Of a stretch of DNA of 64,000 nucleotides, positions 55,522-64,000 are shown one piece after another. A program made the position numbers and the translations under genes. Origin of the DNA: Candidatus Latescibacterota bacterium (GTDB lineage Bacteria > Latescibacterota > UBA2968 > UBA8231); NCBI GenBank assembly GCA_965215195.1, contig CBDCDC010000001.1, positions 992,001-1,056,000 of the forward strand, in the 5' to 3' direction. Numbering within the stretch: the first letter of the stretch is position 1; the number at the start of each line of letters is the position of its first letter. The notes beneath the pieces are model-generated. The model ran no database searches. It saw only the letters and a list, made by a program, of their open reading frames with translations, and was not told the origin of the DNA.

Positions 55522-58306
55522 AATAGTTCTGCGCGGCCTGCTGCACTGCTTCCACCGTCAGGGAATCGACCAACGCTGGATACTGAATCAGCAGCCGCGG
55601 ATCGATCCCGTGGAAGTTGAGCGACGCCAGAGACCCGACCCAGAAGCTGTTTTCCTCGAGGTCTGTCTCGCGCTGGCGCTTGCGCATTTCCTTGACCTTA
55701 TCGACGTAGAGGTCGGTGGTGCCGACGGTTTTTAGGCTGTCGATCTGCTCAAAGACCACCTGCGTCAGCTCCTCGACGCGCTCGGGATCGCTGCCGAAAT
55801 TGATGGAGATGCGGTACTTCTCGTCTGGGTAGCGCGAACCGCTGGCGTTGATCCATACCCCATAGGTGCCGCCCAAGTCCTCGCGCAACACCTCGCGCAG
55901 CTTGATCTGCAGCACCGAGGCCATGGCCCGGAGTTCGAGGTTGTTTTTCCAGCCGTCGTATGCAAAGGGGCCGGTGAAAATCAGCCGCGATTGGCTCTTG
56001 GGTTCGATGCCGCGATAGACCGCTTTGTCGATCACGCCCTGCGGGGCCTCAATGCCGACATCGCGCCAAGTCTCCTCTCGTCCCGTGGTCGGCAAGCCGC
56101 CCAAGTAGGTGCATACCAGCGGCTCCATGTCTTCGAGGGTGAAGTTGCCGACAAAGAAAAACGAGAAGTCGCCGGCGTCGGCAAAGCGATCTTGGTAGAT
56201 GGCCATGGACGTGGCCAAGTCCATCTCGTCGAGCAATTCCAGCGACCAAGGGCGCGCCCGGTGGTGATACTGGGCCATGGTGACCGCAATGGTATCGCCG
56301 AAAGCCGTCTCCGGGCGCGCGCTGCGATTCTGGATGGAGCCTCTCATGCGCGTCTGATAGGCTTGGAAGGCCGTGCTGTCTTGGCGCGGCGCGGTGAAGA
56401 AGGCGTAGATCAGCTCGAACATGGTTTGGATGTCTTCGGGCGAGGCCGAGCCAGAAATGCCCTCCCGCAAGCTGCTGATCCACGGCGATACCCGCACCAC
56501 TTTGCCGGCCAGTTTCTTCTCGAGGGCGATCTTGTCAAACGGCCCCACCCCGCCTTCGCTCACCACCGAGGTCGCCGTTGAGGCCGCCACGTAGGAGGCG
56601 TCGGGGACCAGCGAGTGCCCGCCGGGGCTATAGGCCCGGAAGAGGATTTCGTCGTTTTTGAAGTCCGTTGGCTTCAGGCAGACCCGGAGGCCGTTGGCGA
56701 GGGTCCACCACGTTGCGCCGATCGCGGGGATTTGGCTGCGGGCGACGATTTCAGCCGGAGCTGGCACTTGCGCCACGAGCGGCTCGTCGGACACCTCGTC
56801 GGCGTACGGCGCGATTTCCTGCTGCGCCACCCGGTCAAAGATCGCCAGCAAATCCCGCTCGCTGGGCACGGCAATGCCCTCTTGCTCGGGTGCCTCCACA
56901 GTGATCACGCGGTTTTTTTCGCTCGTCCACTCGCTGGCCAGCGCATTGACCGCGGCCAGCGCAATGCCGGGCACCAGTTCTTGGTAGAGTTCGTACTCCT
57001 TAGCAATGCCGGGGATGGCCTCGTCGGTCAGCAGATGGCGCACGTATTCGGCGGCAAAACCGCTCGACTGCTGCTTGTCGCGCTCGCGGTAGGACTGCTC
57101 CATGCCGCGCAGCATTTCCTTTTTCTCGCGCTCCAGCTCGGAGGCCGTAAAGCCGTATTCCCGCACCCGCGCTGCTTCGATCAGTAGGGCTTCAAGGCCA
57201 GCGTCGAAACCATTGTTTGGCACCGCAGCGCCGAGGATAAAAAACTCCTTGGAGCGCAGCCAGCGCCCCTGCCCGGAATAGGCCCCCAAAAAGGGCGGCT
57301 CGGGCCGCTTGGTCAGCTCGTGCAGGCGCTGGTTGAACATCCGGTGATATAGGGCCTCAATCAGCGAGCGGCGGTACGTGCTCACCGTCCCTTGGGGCCG
57401 CACGTCCATTTTGTAGTAGATGCTGACGCTGTTGTACGTGGCTTCTGGGTCGGAGGCAATGGCGAAGAGCGTCTCCTCGTGGTCGGGCACGGGGAACACC
57501 GTGCGCTCGCGGGGGCTTGCGGCCGCCGGGATGCGCGCAAAATACTCCTGCACCAGGGCCTCTATGGCCGCTGGCTCCATGTCGCCGACGGCCACAAAAC
57601 CCATCAAGTCGGGCCGATACCAGGTTTGGTAAAAGCGGCGCAGGGCCTCGTGCTGGAAGGTGTCGAGCACGGCCTTCTGGCCGATGGGCAGGCGCACGGC
57701 GTAGCGCGAATTTTTGAGGAGGATGGGCAGTTGCTCGTCGAACATGCGCTGCTGAGCGCCGCGCCGCAGCCGCCACTCTTCGACGACCACGCCCCGTTCC
57801 TTGTCGATTTCCTCGGCCTCAAAGCTGATCTGGTGCGCCCAGTCCTCCAAAATTTGGAAGGCTGTATGTACCACCTCGGTGCTGTCGGTGGGCACGGTCA
57901 GCATGTACACGGTCTCGTCGAAGCTGGTGTACGCATTGAGGTCCGGCCCAAAGCGCATGCCGATTAGCTCCAAGTAGTCAATTAGCTCCTGCTTGGCAAA
58001 GTTTTTGGTGCCGTTGAAGGCCATGTGCTCGGCAAAGTGCGCCAGCCCCTGCTGGTCTTCGTCCTCCAGCACCGAGCCGGCATTGACCACCAGCCGCAGT
58101 TCGACCCGGTTTTCGGGCTTTTGGTTTTTGCGAATGACGTAGCGCAGGCCGTTGTCTAGCTGGCCGACCGTCACCAGCGAATCAATGGGCAGCTTTTCTG
58201 CGGTCGTTTTCTCCAGCGCGGCCTGCTGCACGGGCTTCGGCGACGTGCTGACGCAGGCGCACAGCAGCACTGGAAGTACAACGAACAGCATTAAAATGCG
58301 TCTCAT
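55448..58306 (-). CDS. M16 zinc peptidase lipoprotein (PqqL-like)
   Basis: Lipobox LCAC; GLAHFAEHMAF (HXXEH); NAYTSFDETVY; second half LANGLRV...LREDLGGTY. Confidence 0.93.
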   Translation of the reverse strand: MRRILMLFVVLPVLLCACVSTSPKPVQQAALEKTTAEKLPIDSLVTVGQLDNGLRYVIRKNQKPENRVELRLVVNAGSVLEDEDQQGLAHFAEHMAFNGTKNFAKQELIDYLELIGMRFGPDLNAYTSFDETVYMLTVPTDSTEVVHTAFQILEDWAHQISFEAEEIDKERGVVVEEWRLRRGAQQRMFDEQLPILLKNSRYAVRLPIGQKAVLDTFQHEALRRFYQTWYRPDLMGFVAVGDMEPAAIEALVQEYFARIPAAASPRERTVFPVPDHEETLFAIASDPEATYNSVSIYYKMDVRPQGTVSTYRRSLIEALYHRMFNQRLHELTKRPEPPFLGAYSGQGRWLRSKEFFILGAAVPNNGFDAGLEALLIEAARVREYGFTASELEREKKEMLRGMEQSYRERDKQQSSGFAAEYVRHLLTDEAIPGIAKEYELYQELVPGIALAAVNALASEWTSEKNRVITVEAPEQEGIAVPSERDLLAIFDRVAQQEIAPYADEVSDEPLVAQVPAPAEIVARSQIPAIGATWWTLANGLRVCLKPTDFKNDEILFRAYSPGGHSLVPDASYVAASTATSVVSEGGVGPFDKIALEKKLAGKVVRVSPWISSLREGISGSASPEDIQTMFELIYAFFTAPRQDSTAFQAYQTRMRGSIQNRSARPETAFGDTIAVTMAQYHHRARPWSLELLDEMDLATSMAIYQDRFADAGDFSFFFVGNFTLEDMEPLVCTYLGGLPTTGREETWRDVGIEAPQGVIDKAVYRGIEPKSQSRLIFTGPFAYDGWKNNLELRAMASVLQIKLREVLREDLGGTYGVWINASGSRYPDEKYRISINFGSDPERVEELTQVVFEQIDSLKTVGTTDLYVDKVKEMRKRQRETDLEENSFWVGSLASLNFHGIDPRLLIQYPALVDSLTVEAVQQAAQNYFNMDRYVRVVLYPEEGEPGEEGAY

Positions 58307-58364
58307 GTTGGGCTCCTGTTTAAGTGGTCAATAGCCGATTTATTCATTCTTGAATTCAACTGGT

Positions 58365-58575
58365 AGCAAAGATACCAAATGTACGCCCTGAAGAAAGCCG
58401 GGCATGATCCGCAGCGCAGCGCCCTCGACGATTTCTCGTCAGTTGCGGCGCAATCAAGGGCGGCGCGGCTATCGCCCCCGCCAAGCTCATCAGCAAGCGT
58501 TGGCACGTCGTCGCCACAAGGCGAAGGCGACCAAGATGACGGCGGCGGTCATCGAGCGCATCGAAGCGGCGACAA
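58365..58575 (+). mobile_element. IS30-family transposase N-terminal remnant
   Basis: QRYQMYALKKAGHD, then in another frame STISRQLRRNQGRRGYRPRQAHQQALARRRHKAKATKMT..VIERIE: an IS30-type HTH region, broken and without a DDE domain. Confidence 0.7.
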
Positions 58576-58896
58576 AAAGCACTGCCCAACCGCGTCGTCG
58601 GCACGCACCGTAGCGCAATCGCAACACGGCTGTTTCGCCTATACTACACTGCATCGCCTACAAAGCGCCGTCGTTCAGGGCGCGAGATGATTTAAGCGAT
58701 TGGCCCGCATTTTGTTTGCATAAGCCATGTAGCCGATTATCTTTGACCCAATACCAAAGGATGCCCACCATTTATAGATGCGGTCACGTGCTCTTCTGTA
58801 CCAACCCCACCTTATCGCTCCACAAGCGCAAAATCCGCGCTGACTCGCGCAACAAATGCACGTATAGAGAGCCCTTCTCCAGCCGCTCCCGCTGAT

Positions 58897-60906
58897 ATGT
58901 TGAACATTATTTTCATGGCCGTTGCTGCGGCGTTGCTGAGCGGCGTCGATCCGCTGCGGGCCGAGACCCGCACCTTGGTTTTCGGACGGGGCGGAGTCCC
59001 TTGGGACGAGCTGGGTGAGCGAGTCGTCGGCTTGGAGACGGCCGATGGTGCCCTACAGCCCCTCGAACTCTTGTCGCACCAGAATATCATCGCCGGCCCC
59101 CGCACGGAAAGCGGTGAATACACCACGATTCTGGGCAGCACTTGGCAGCTAGGCAAGCAGCCCAAAAGGGACGATTTTGAACTGGGGGTGACGCCGCGCT
59201 TCTGGACCAGTATCCTGCCCCTCTACCACACGGCCCCCTTTCAGGTCATCGACGGCGATCTCGCTACGGTGACCAAGCTGCGCTGGTCTAGAATAGGTGG
59301 GGGGCGCCGGGAAGACATATATACTTTCGACTTTGCGTTTCCCATTCCCATAAACCGCGTGGTATTCTATCCCCCGGCTACCGGACTGGACGAAGCCGGG
59401 GGCTTGAGAAAGCAGCGTTTCCCCCGGGCCTATGAAATATCGAGTGCCAGAGAACCGGTGGATTTTCTTCTGCTCAGCGAAGAAGATAGACCGCGCACCT
59501 TAGAGCACGTACTGTCCCGCACCTTTGTCAACTCCGACCGCGTCATAGATGTCCGCTTTCCCGCGCAGATTCTGCGCTTTTTGCGCCTTTCCTTCAATCT
59601 GATCGAACAGGTGTACATGCTGAGCGAGATTGAGGTGTATGGCGAGGGTTTTGCGCCGGAGACTAGTTACCGCACGTCGGTTATCGACTTGGGAGCGCCG
59701 GTGAATTTCGGGCGCATTTTTTGGCAGTTTGAAAAGTTCCGCAAAACGCCAAGCCAACCAGAACCTATTCCGTCCCCGGACGCGCCCATCAGCTTGGTGC
59801 TGGAAACTCGCAGCGGCAAGGACGATACCCCCAAGGCGCATTACATCATCAGCGACATCGGTACAGAGCGGAAAGTAGAAGAAGCGGTTTACAATAAGGC
59901 GCTGGAGAAATCGCCCTTTGTCCAAGGAGACCGCCCCGGGGACAAGTCGTCGATCAAGCTCGACGAGCAAAACTGGAGTTTCTGGTCCACGCCCTACGAC
60001 CGTTCCGGCCAGTTGCTCCGCTCGCCGGACGCACGGCGCTATATGCAGCTTCAGTTCAATATGGTAGGCGAGGATTTCCACACCTTCGGCCAAGTACAAT
60101 CCGTAGCGATTGAGTACTCGCCGCTGCTTGTGGAGTCCCTCGTCGGCGAGGTGGGTTTGGCCGGGGAGGGAGGCGAGGTGCCCGAAGTGCCCGCTGGCGA
60201 GGAGACGACATTTATCTACGACGTCTTGGCTAGTTTCGGCCGCGACGGCCAGCTAGGCTTTGATGCGATCAGACTCAATACCGCAGCCGCAGCCGAGTTC
60301 GTCAAGCTGGAGATTGGACAGCCGCTAGAGAAAATAGTCCCCGACAGCGTCCGCTTCGCCAACGGGGTTCTAGCGGTGTATTTTCCCTCGCACAAGGTGG
60401 TGCGCGCCGCTGGCGAGGAGCATCTGCGGCTGACCTTTCGCACGGCCTTGTTGGATTTTACTACCCACTTCCTCGGCGAGGTATTGGACCTGACCGGGGA
60501 GAACCTGCCCCAGTCAATTGATCCGGGCGACGCGAGTGCAGCGCTCACTAGCGACGACATCCGCGTTTTCGCCACGGGGACCGCCCTAGAGGCGCTCTCC
60601 GCGCTCGCGTTGACTACGTCGGTCCTGACGCCCAACGGCGACCGCATCAACGACGAACTCGACATTGCCTTCACGCTACTGGGCGTCGAAGACACCGCCA
60701 CCGAAGTTGGCGTCTATGCGCTTGCCGGCCAGCGGGTCAGGACCTTGGTGCGCGGGAAATTCAACAAGGGTTTGTACACTGAGCAATGGGACGGGCGCGA
60801 CGATCGCGGGGCGTTGGTCCCGCCGGGCATGTACCTCCTGCACGTAAAGGTAGATGCCGACAAGGAAGCATCAGAGCAATTTCGCTCGGTCTCGGTGGCG
60901 TATTGA
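58897..60906 (+). CDS. Secreted discoidin-like protein with FlgD/CHU_C-type CTD (subtype C-like)
   Basis: Signal peptide; FGRGGVPW (cf. GGEGGLDW of 6479); VIDGD, LSEIEVYGEGF, NWSFWS; VLTPNGDRIND...SVAY. Confidence 0.78.
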   Translation: MLNIIFMAVAAALLSGVDPLRAETRTLVFGRGGVPWDELGERVVGLETADGALQPLELLSHQNIIAGPRTESGEYTTILGSTWQLGKQPKRDDFELGVTPRFWTSILPLYHTAPFQVIDGDLATVTKLRWSRIGGGRREDIYTFDFAFPIPINRVVFYPPATGLDEAGGLRKQRFPRAYEISSAREPVDFLLLSEEDRPRTLEHVLSRTFVNSDRVIDVRFPAQILRFLRLSFNLIEQVYMLSEIEVYGEGFAPETSYRTSVIDLGAPVNFGRIFWQFEKFRKTPSQPEPIPSPDAPISLVLETRSGKDDTPKAHYIISDIGTERKVEEAVYNKALEKSPFVQGDRPGDKSSIKLDEQNWSFWSTPYDRSGQLLRSPDARRYMQLQFNMVGEDFHTFGQVQSVAIEYSPLLVESLVGEVGLAGEGGEVPEVPAGEETTFIYDVLASFGRDGQLGFDAIRLNTAAAAEFVKLEIGQPLEKIVPDSVRFANGVLAVYFPSHKVVRAAGEEHLRLTFRTALLDFTTHFLGEVLDLTGENLPQSIDPGDASAALTSDDIRVFATGTALEALSALALTTSVLTPNGDRINDELDIAFTLLGVEDTATEVGVYALAGQRVRTLVRGKFNKGLYTEQWDGRDDRGALVPPGMYLLHVKVDADKEASEQFRSVSVAY

Positions 60907-60922
60907 GAGCGGGGATAGCACG

Positions 60923-63253
60923 TTGCAACGGACATACTTGCTGACGCTGTTGGCGCTCTTCCCGCTGGGGGAAACGGGCGCTGGAACGCTGCTCATAAAC
61001 AGCCAAGACCAGTGGCGGCAATGGACTTTTCCGCAAGGGGTGTTGTCGCTGGCAGCAGACGGCAGCGTGGCCCTGCGGCCCTTCCGGCGCAATATAGACG
61101 CCGTCGCCGACGCGGCCGAATTCTTCCATCCAAATGCCAAAGGGAAAGAGGTGCAGGGAGGAATCCGCAGCGCGGGCACTCGCTTGGAGCAAGCCGCCCA
61201 TATCCTCGACGGCGCGGCCACCACTTGGTGGCAACCCAGCCAAGAGGCCCCGCTCGACGATTGGTGGATCGAGATCGATTTGGGCCGCCTCGTCCAAGCG
61301 AAAAAAATACGACTGACCTTTCCCGACACCGAGGGGGCGCGGCCACTGCGGGAGTTTTCCGTTTTCGCTGCCGAAGGAACGCCTTTTCTCACCGGCCAAG
61401 ACGTTTTCCGCTACGACCGGGTGGGCGGCACGACCCAACCCAGCCAGGAGACGGTGATAGAATACGACCTGGCGACGCCGGAGTTGGGCAACGCCCGTGG
61501 CGAGCATTTGGCGACCGTGTCCAGCGATAGCTTGGAGTATAGGTCCATCCAGTACGTCCGCGTCGTCGCCCACGCCAAGAGTCGGGATGCGGCGCTGGCA
61601 GCCGTTGAGGTTGAGGCCCTGGGCGACAACATTGCCCCGGGGACGATTGAGCGCGGCGGCCGCATCCGCACCGGGCGCGACCCGCGCACCATCGCCCATA
61701 TCATGGACGGAACCGCAGCCACGTGGTGGACCTTGACCTCGCGGGGCGACCTCGACTGGCGCGATAAAGGCGATTGGTTTGAGTGGGATCTGGGGGCCAC
61801 CTTCTGGATCGATCAGCTAACGATGGTGGAGCCGCCGCCGGGGTTTGCCACGCTGGGGGTGAATTCGTACAGGAATCAGGCCGCTTTTGAACTATTGACC
61901 TCGGACGGCACGCCGATCCCCACCGAGGGGGAAGAGCGGCTCCAGAGTCCGGTTGATTACCAGTTGCTCAGCTTCGTGGATAACGAAACGCTGGGCAGCG
62001 CGGGCACGAGAAATCGCAATTTTGACTTTCGCTTTCCCGCCCGCAAAGTGCGCTATCTGTTCTACCACCACGAAGCACCGCCCAACCGGCAAACCGTTTT
62101 CCATTTATTTGAAATTTTCCTCTACGGCGAGGGCCATCCGGCCGCGGTGGTGATGACCTCGAATTTCATCGATCTAAAAGGGGCCAAAAGCCTGCGCCGG
62201 ATGCGCTGGAAGGCCGCGACCGCGGCCGCGACGCGCATAGAAATTCGCACGCGCACCGGCAATGCGCTGGACGAAGAGATCTTCTATTACGACAAAAACG
62301 GGCGCGAAATTCCCCAAGGACGCTGGAACAAGCTGCCGGCCAGCCAGAAACTGCCCGAAGTAAAAGTGGCCAAAGCCGGGGCCGACTGGAGCGCGTGGAG
62401 CTCGGCCTACAAGGAGTCCGGGGAAGTCTTTCGCTCGCCCACGCCGAGGAAGTTCGTCCAAATAGAGGTGCGCCTGCAGACCGAAGATCCCGCGGTGGCA
62501 CCAACCCTGCGCGAGATTGCCCTCGACTTCGACGATCCGCTCATCGGCGGCGGGGTTTTCGCCCGCGTCTCCCCGCGCGAAGCAGCCCTCGATTCGCTGA
62601 CGGTTTTTACCTTCCGCCTCGGAGGTCGCACCAGAGCGGGCGATCGCGGTTTCGACCGCTTGGTGTTCGACTTGCCGAGTCCCCTCGAAGGGGCGGTGCA
62701 ATTGCGGATAGGGGATCGCCGCGTTGAACCGTTGCAGGTGGAGGCGAGAGGCGCTGCGGTCGCGATCGACTTGCCCGAACAGGTCCGCACGGACAGCGTC
62801 GAAGTTGGCCTGCCGCTGCGCCTGTTGGCCGCGGCGGCGGCTTTCGACGCTTGGGTCAGCTCGACGACGCAGCCCGATATTCGCCAAGGGATCCAGCCGC
62901 AAGACCCGGAGGCTCTAACGGTGTTCGTGCCCGAGATCGCCCAAGCGGAACACCTCATCCGCGCCTTGGCGGTGACCCCGGCGGTTATCACGCCCAACGG
63001 AGACGGCATCAACGACCGGCTGCAACTGCGCCTGCTAGTGGTAAAAACCACCGCCCAGCCCAAGGTCGCGCTGTACGACTTGAGCGGTGCGCTGGTTGCC
63101 AGCATCGAACCGTTAGACCAGACGCACTATGCGTGGGATGGTCGGGATGACAACGAGCGCTTGTTGCCTCCCGGTATGTACATTCTGGACGCCAAGGTAG
63201 AGACCGATACTAGAACGGAGCGGCGACAGCGCATTGTCCAAGTGGTCTATTAG
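60923..63253 (+). CDS. Secreted protein with two discoidin-like domains and FlgD/CHU_C-type CTD (divergent subtype B)
   Basis: TTG start 60923; INSQDQWRQWTFPQG; WWIEIDLGRLV; WDLGATFWID; ITPNGDGIND...QVVY. Confidence 0.78.
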   Translation: MQRTYLLTLLALFPLGETGAGTLLINSQDQWRQWTFPQGVLSLAADGSVALRPFRRNIDAVADAAEFFHPNAKGKEVQGGIRSAGTRLEQAAHILDGAATTWWQPSQEAPLDDWWIEIDLGRLVQAKKIRLTFPDTEGARPLREFSVFAAEGTPFLTGQDVFRYDRVGGTTQPSQETVIEYDLATPELGNARGEHLATVSSDSLEYRSIQYVRVVAHAKSRDAALAAVEVEALGDNIAPGTIERGGRIRTGRDPRTIAHIMDGTAATWWTLTSRGDLDWRDKGDWFEWDLGATFWIDQLTMVEPPPGFATLGVNSYRNQAAFELLTSDGTPIPTEGEERLQSPVDYQLLSFVDNETLGSAGTRNRNFDFRFPARKVRYLFYHHEAPPNRQTVFHLFEIFLYGEGHPAAVVMTSNFIDLKGAKSLRRMRWKAATAAATRIEIRTRTGNALDEEIFYYDKNGREIPQGRWNKLPASQKLPEVKVAKAGADWSAWSSAYKESGEVFRSPTPRKFVQIEVRLQTEDPAVAPTLREIALDFDDPLIGGGVFARVSPREAALDSLTVFTFRLGGRTRAGDRGFDRLVFDLPSPLEGAVQLRIGDRRVEPLQVEARGAAVAIDLPEQVRTDSVEVGLPLRLLAAAAAFDAWVSSTTQPDIRQGIQPQDPEALTVFVPEIAQAEHLIRALAVTPAVITPNGDGINDRLQLRLLVVKTTAQPKVALYDLSGALVASIEPLDQTHYAWDGRDDNERLLPPGMYILDAKVETDTRTERRQRIVQVVY

Positions 63254-63297
63254 TTGATGCCCCCTGCCAAGCCGCTATCGACACGGGAACCAGCGCG

Positions 63298-64000
63298 ATG
63301 AATAAAGCTATTTGGGCCTTGGCCTTTCTCGCCCTCTGGCCCCTAAAACTCAACGCCGACTTGCAGAGCGGGTTCTTCAATCCGTACAAAGCGACGGGAA
63401 CGCCCATTGATTTTGAGTCGCTGAGTCCGGTTTTGCGGAAATGGTACGTGCCGCAGACCCTGCTTTATCTCTATGGCTGGAAGACCTACGAGTACACCAA
63501 CTACGCCCGGGACAACTACCAGCGCTACGTCAATCTCTTCTTGGAAGGGGATCGCTATTACGACCTGTACGGCAACTATATCACTCGTGGTTGGCGCATC
63601 TACGACTGGCGTCAGGAACACCCGCTCGACTTCGGCAGCAGCATTTTCAAAAATCCCCGCTTCAATAGTTGGTTCAACCGCGTCCTGATATCCTCGGCTT
63701 CCAAAGGGCAATTCTACACCGCGCTGACCGTGGGCGAACAGCTGCGCACCACGCTTACGCCGCTGACCTTTGCGAAACCGCTCTTCGACGGTATCCAGTG
63801 GGACATGCAGTCCGACAAATACGCCTTGACCTTTATTGCCTCGCGCATTGACAATCCGGCCGTCCAGCGCCTCGACAGCGAAATCTCGGAAGCGCGGGAG
63901 ACGGTCTTCACCAATTTGTATGGCTTGCGCGGAGTCGCCCAAGTCGGGGATTTCGCCACGCTGGGCTTGACCTACGTCAATGCCAACCACGGGAACAGCC
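63298..64000 (+). CDS. Putative beta-barrel family protein (copy 3, runs off window)
   Basis: Manual translation: MNKAIWALAFLALW...LSPVLRKWYVPQTL..YGW..YEYTNYAR..YQRYV..EG..YYDLYGNYITRGWRIYDWRQ...RTTLTPLTF, homologous to 8737 and 11561. Not in the ORF track. Confidence 0.8.
   Translation, partial: MNKAIWALAFLALWPLKLNADLQSGFFNPYKATGTPIDFESLSPVLRKWYVPQTLLYLYGWKTYEYTNYARDNYQRYVNLFLEGDRYYDLYGNYITRGWRIYDWRQEHPLDFGSSIFKNPRFNSWFNRVLISSASKGQFYTALTVGEQLRTTLTPLTFAKPLFDGIQWDMQSDKYALTFIASRIDNPAVQRLDSEISEARETVFTNLYGLRGVAQVGDFATLGLTYVNANHGNS

Noticed and set aside
58716-58743. TTGCAT-16-TATCTT promoter for the second locus
   Set aside because: Suboptimal spacing and match; plausible but unsupported.

Overview
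GC-rich diderm bacterial DNA. The content (many FlgD/CHU_C-type C-terminal-domain proteins, FG-GAP/ASPIC-UnbV propellers, a SWGxIK-tailed protein) suggests an uncultured FCB-related lineage such as Ca. Latescibacterota; this is an inference. Housekeeping genes are sucA (partial), pyrE, galE, an M16 peptidase and a sugar ABC transporter. Two systems stand out. (1) A large secreted-protein system: ten paralogous signal-peptide proteins with discoidin/jelly-roll-like domains, length-variable loops and a shared C-terminal Ig-like domain that always ends in Tyr. Seven form a tandem A-A-B-B-A-A-B array at 17.5-33.1 kb. In two separate loci they sit beside a ~950-aa family of putative outer-membrane beta-barrel proteins with acidic Ca-binding-like loops, and a parvulin foldase is transcribed divergently from the first locus. 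(2) A 6.6-kb integrase-less insertion bounded by a perfect 22-bp direct repeat splits the sugar ABC operon. It carries a 1740-aa STAND-like ATPase and a 423-aa partner, a candidate defence system. Also present: a GT87-CRTAC1-AftB-like operon, a decayed toxin-antitoxin patch (frameshifted hicB, hicA remnant, MNT-HEPN) and an IS30 remnant. No rRNA, tRNA or CRISPR array was seen. All family calls come from reading motifs by eye, not from database searches.
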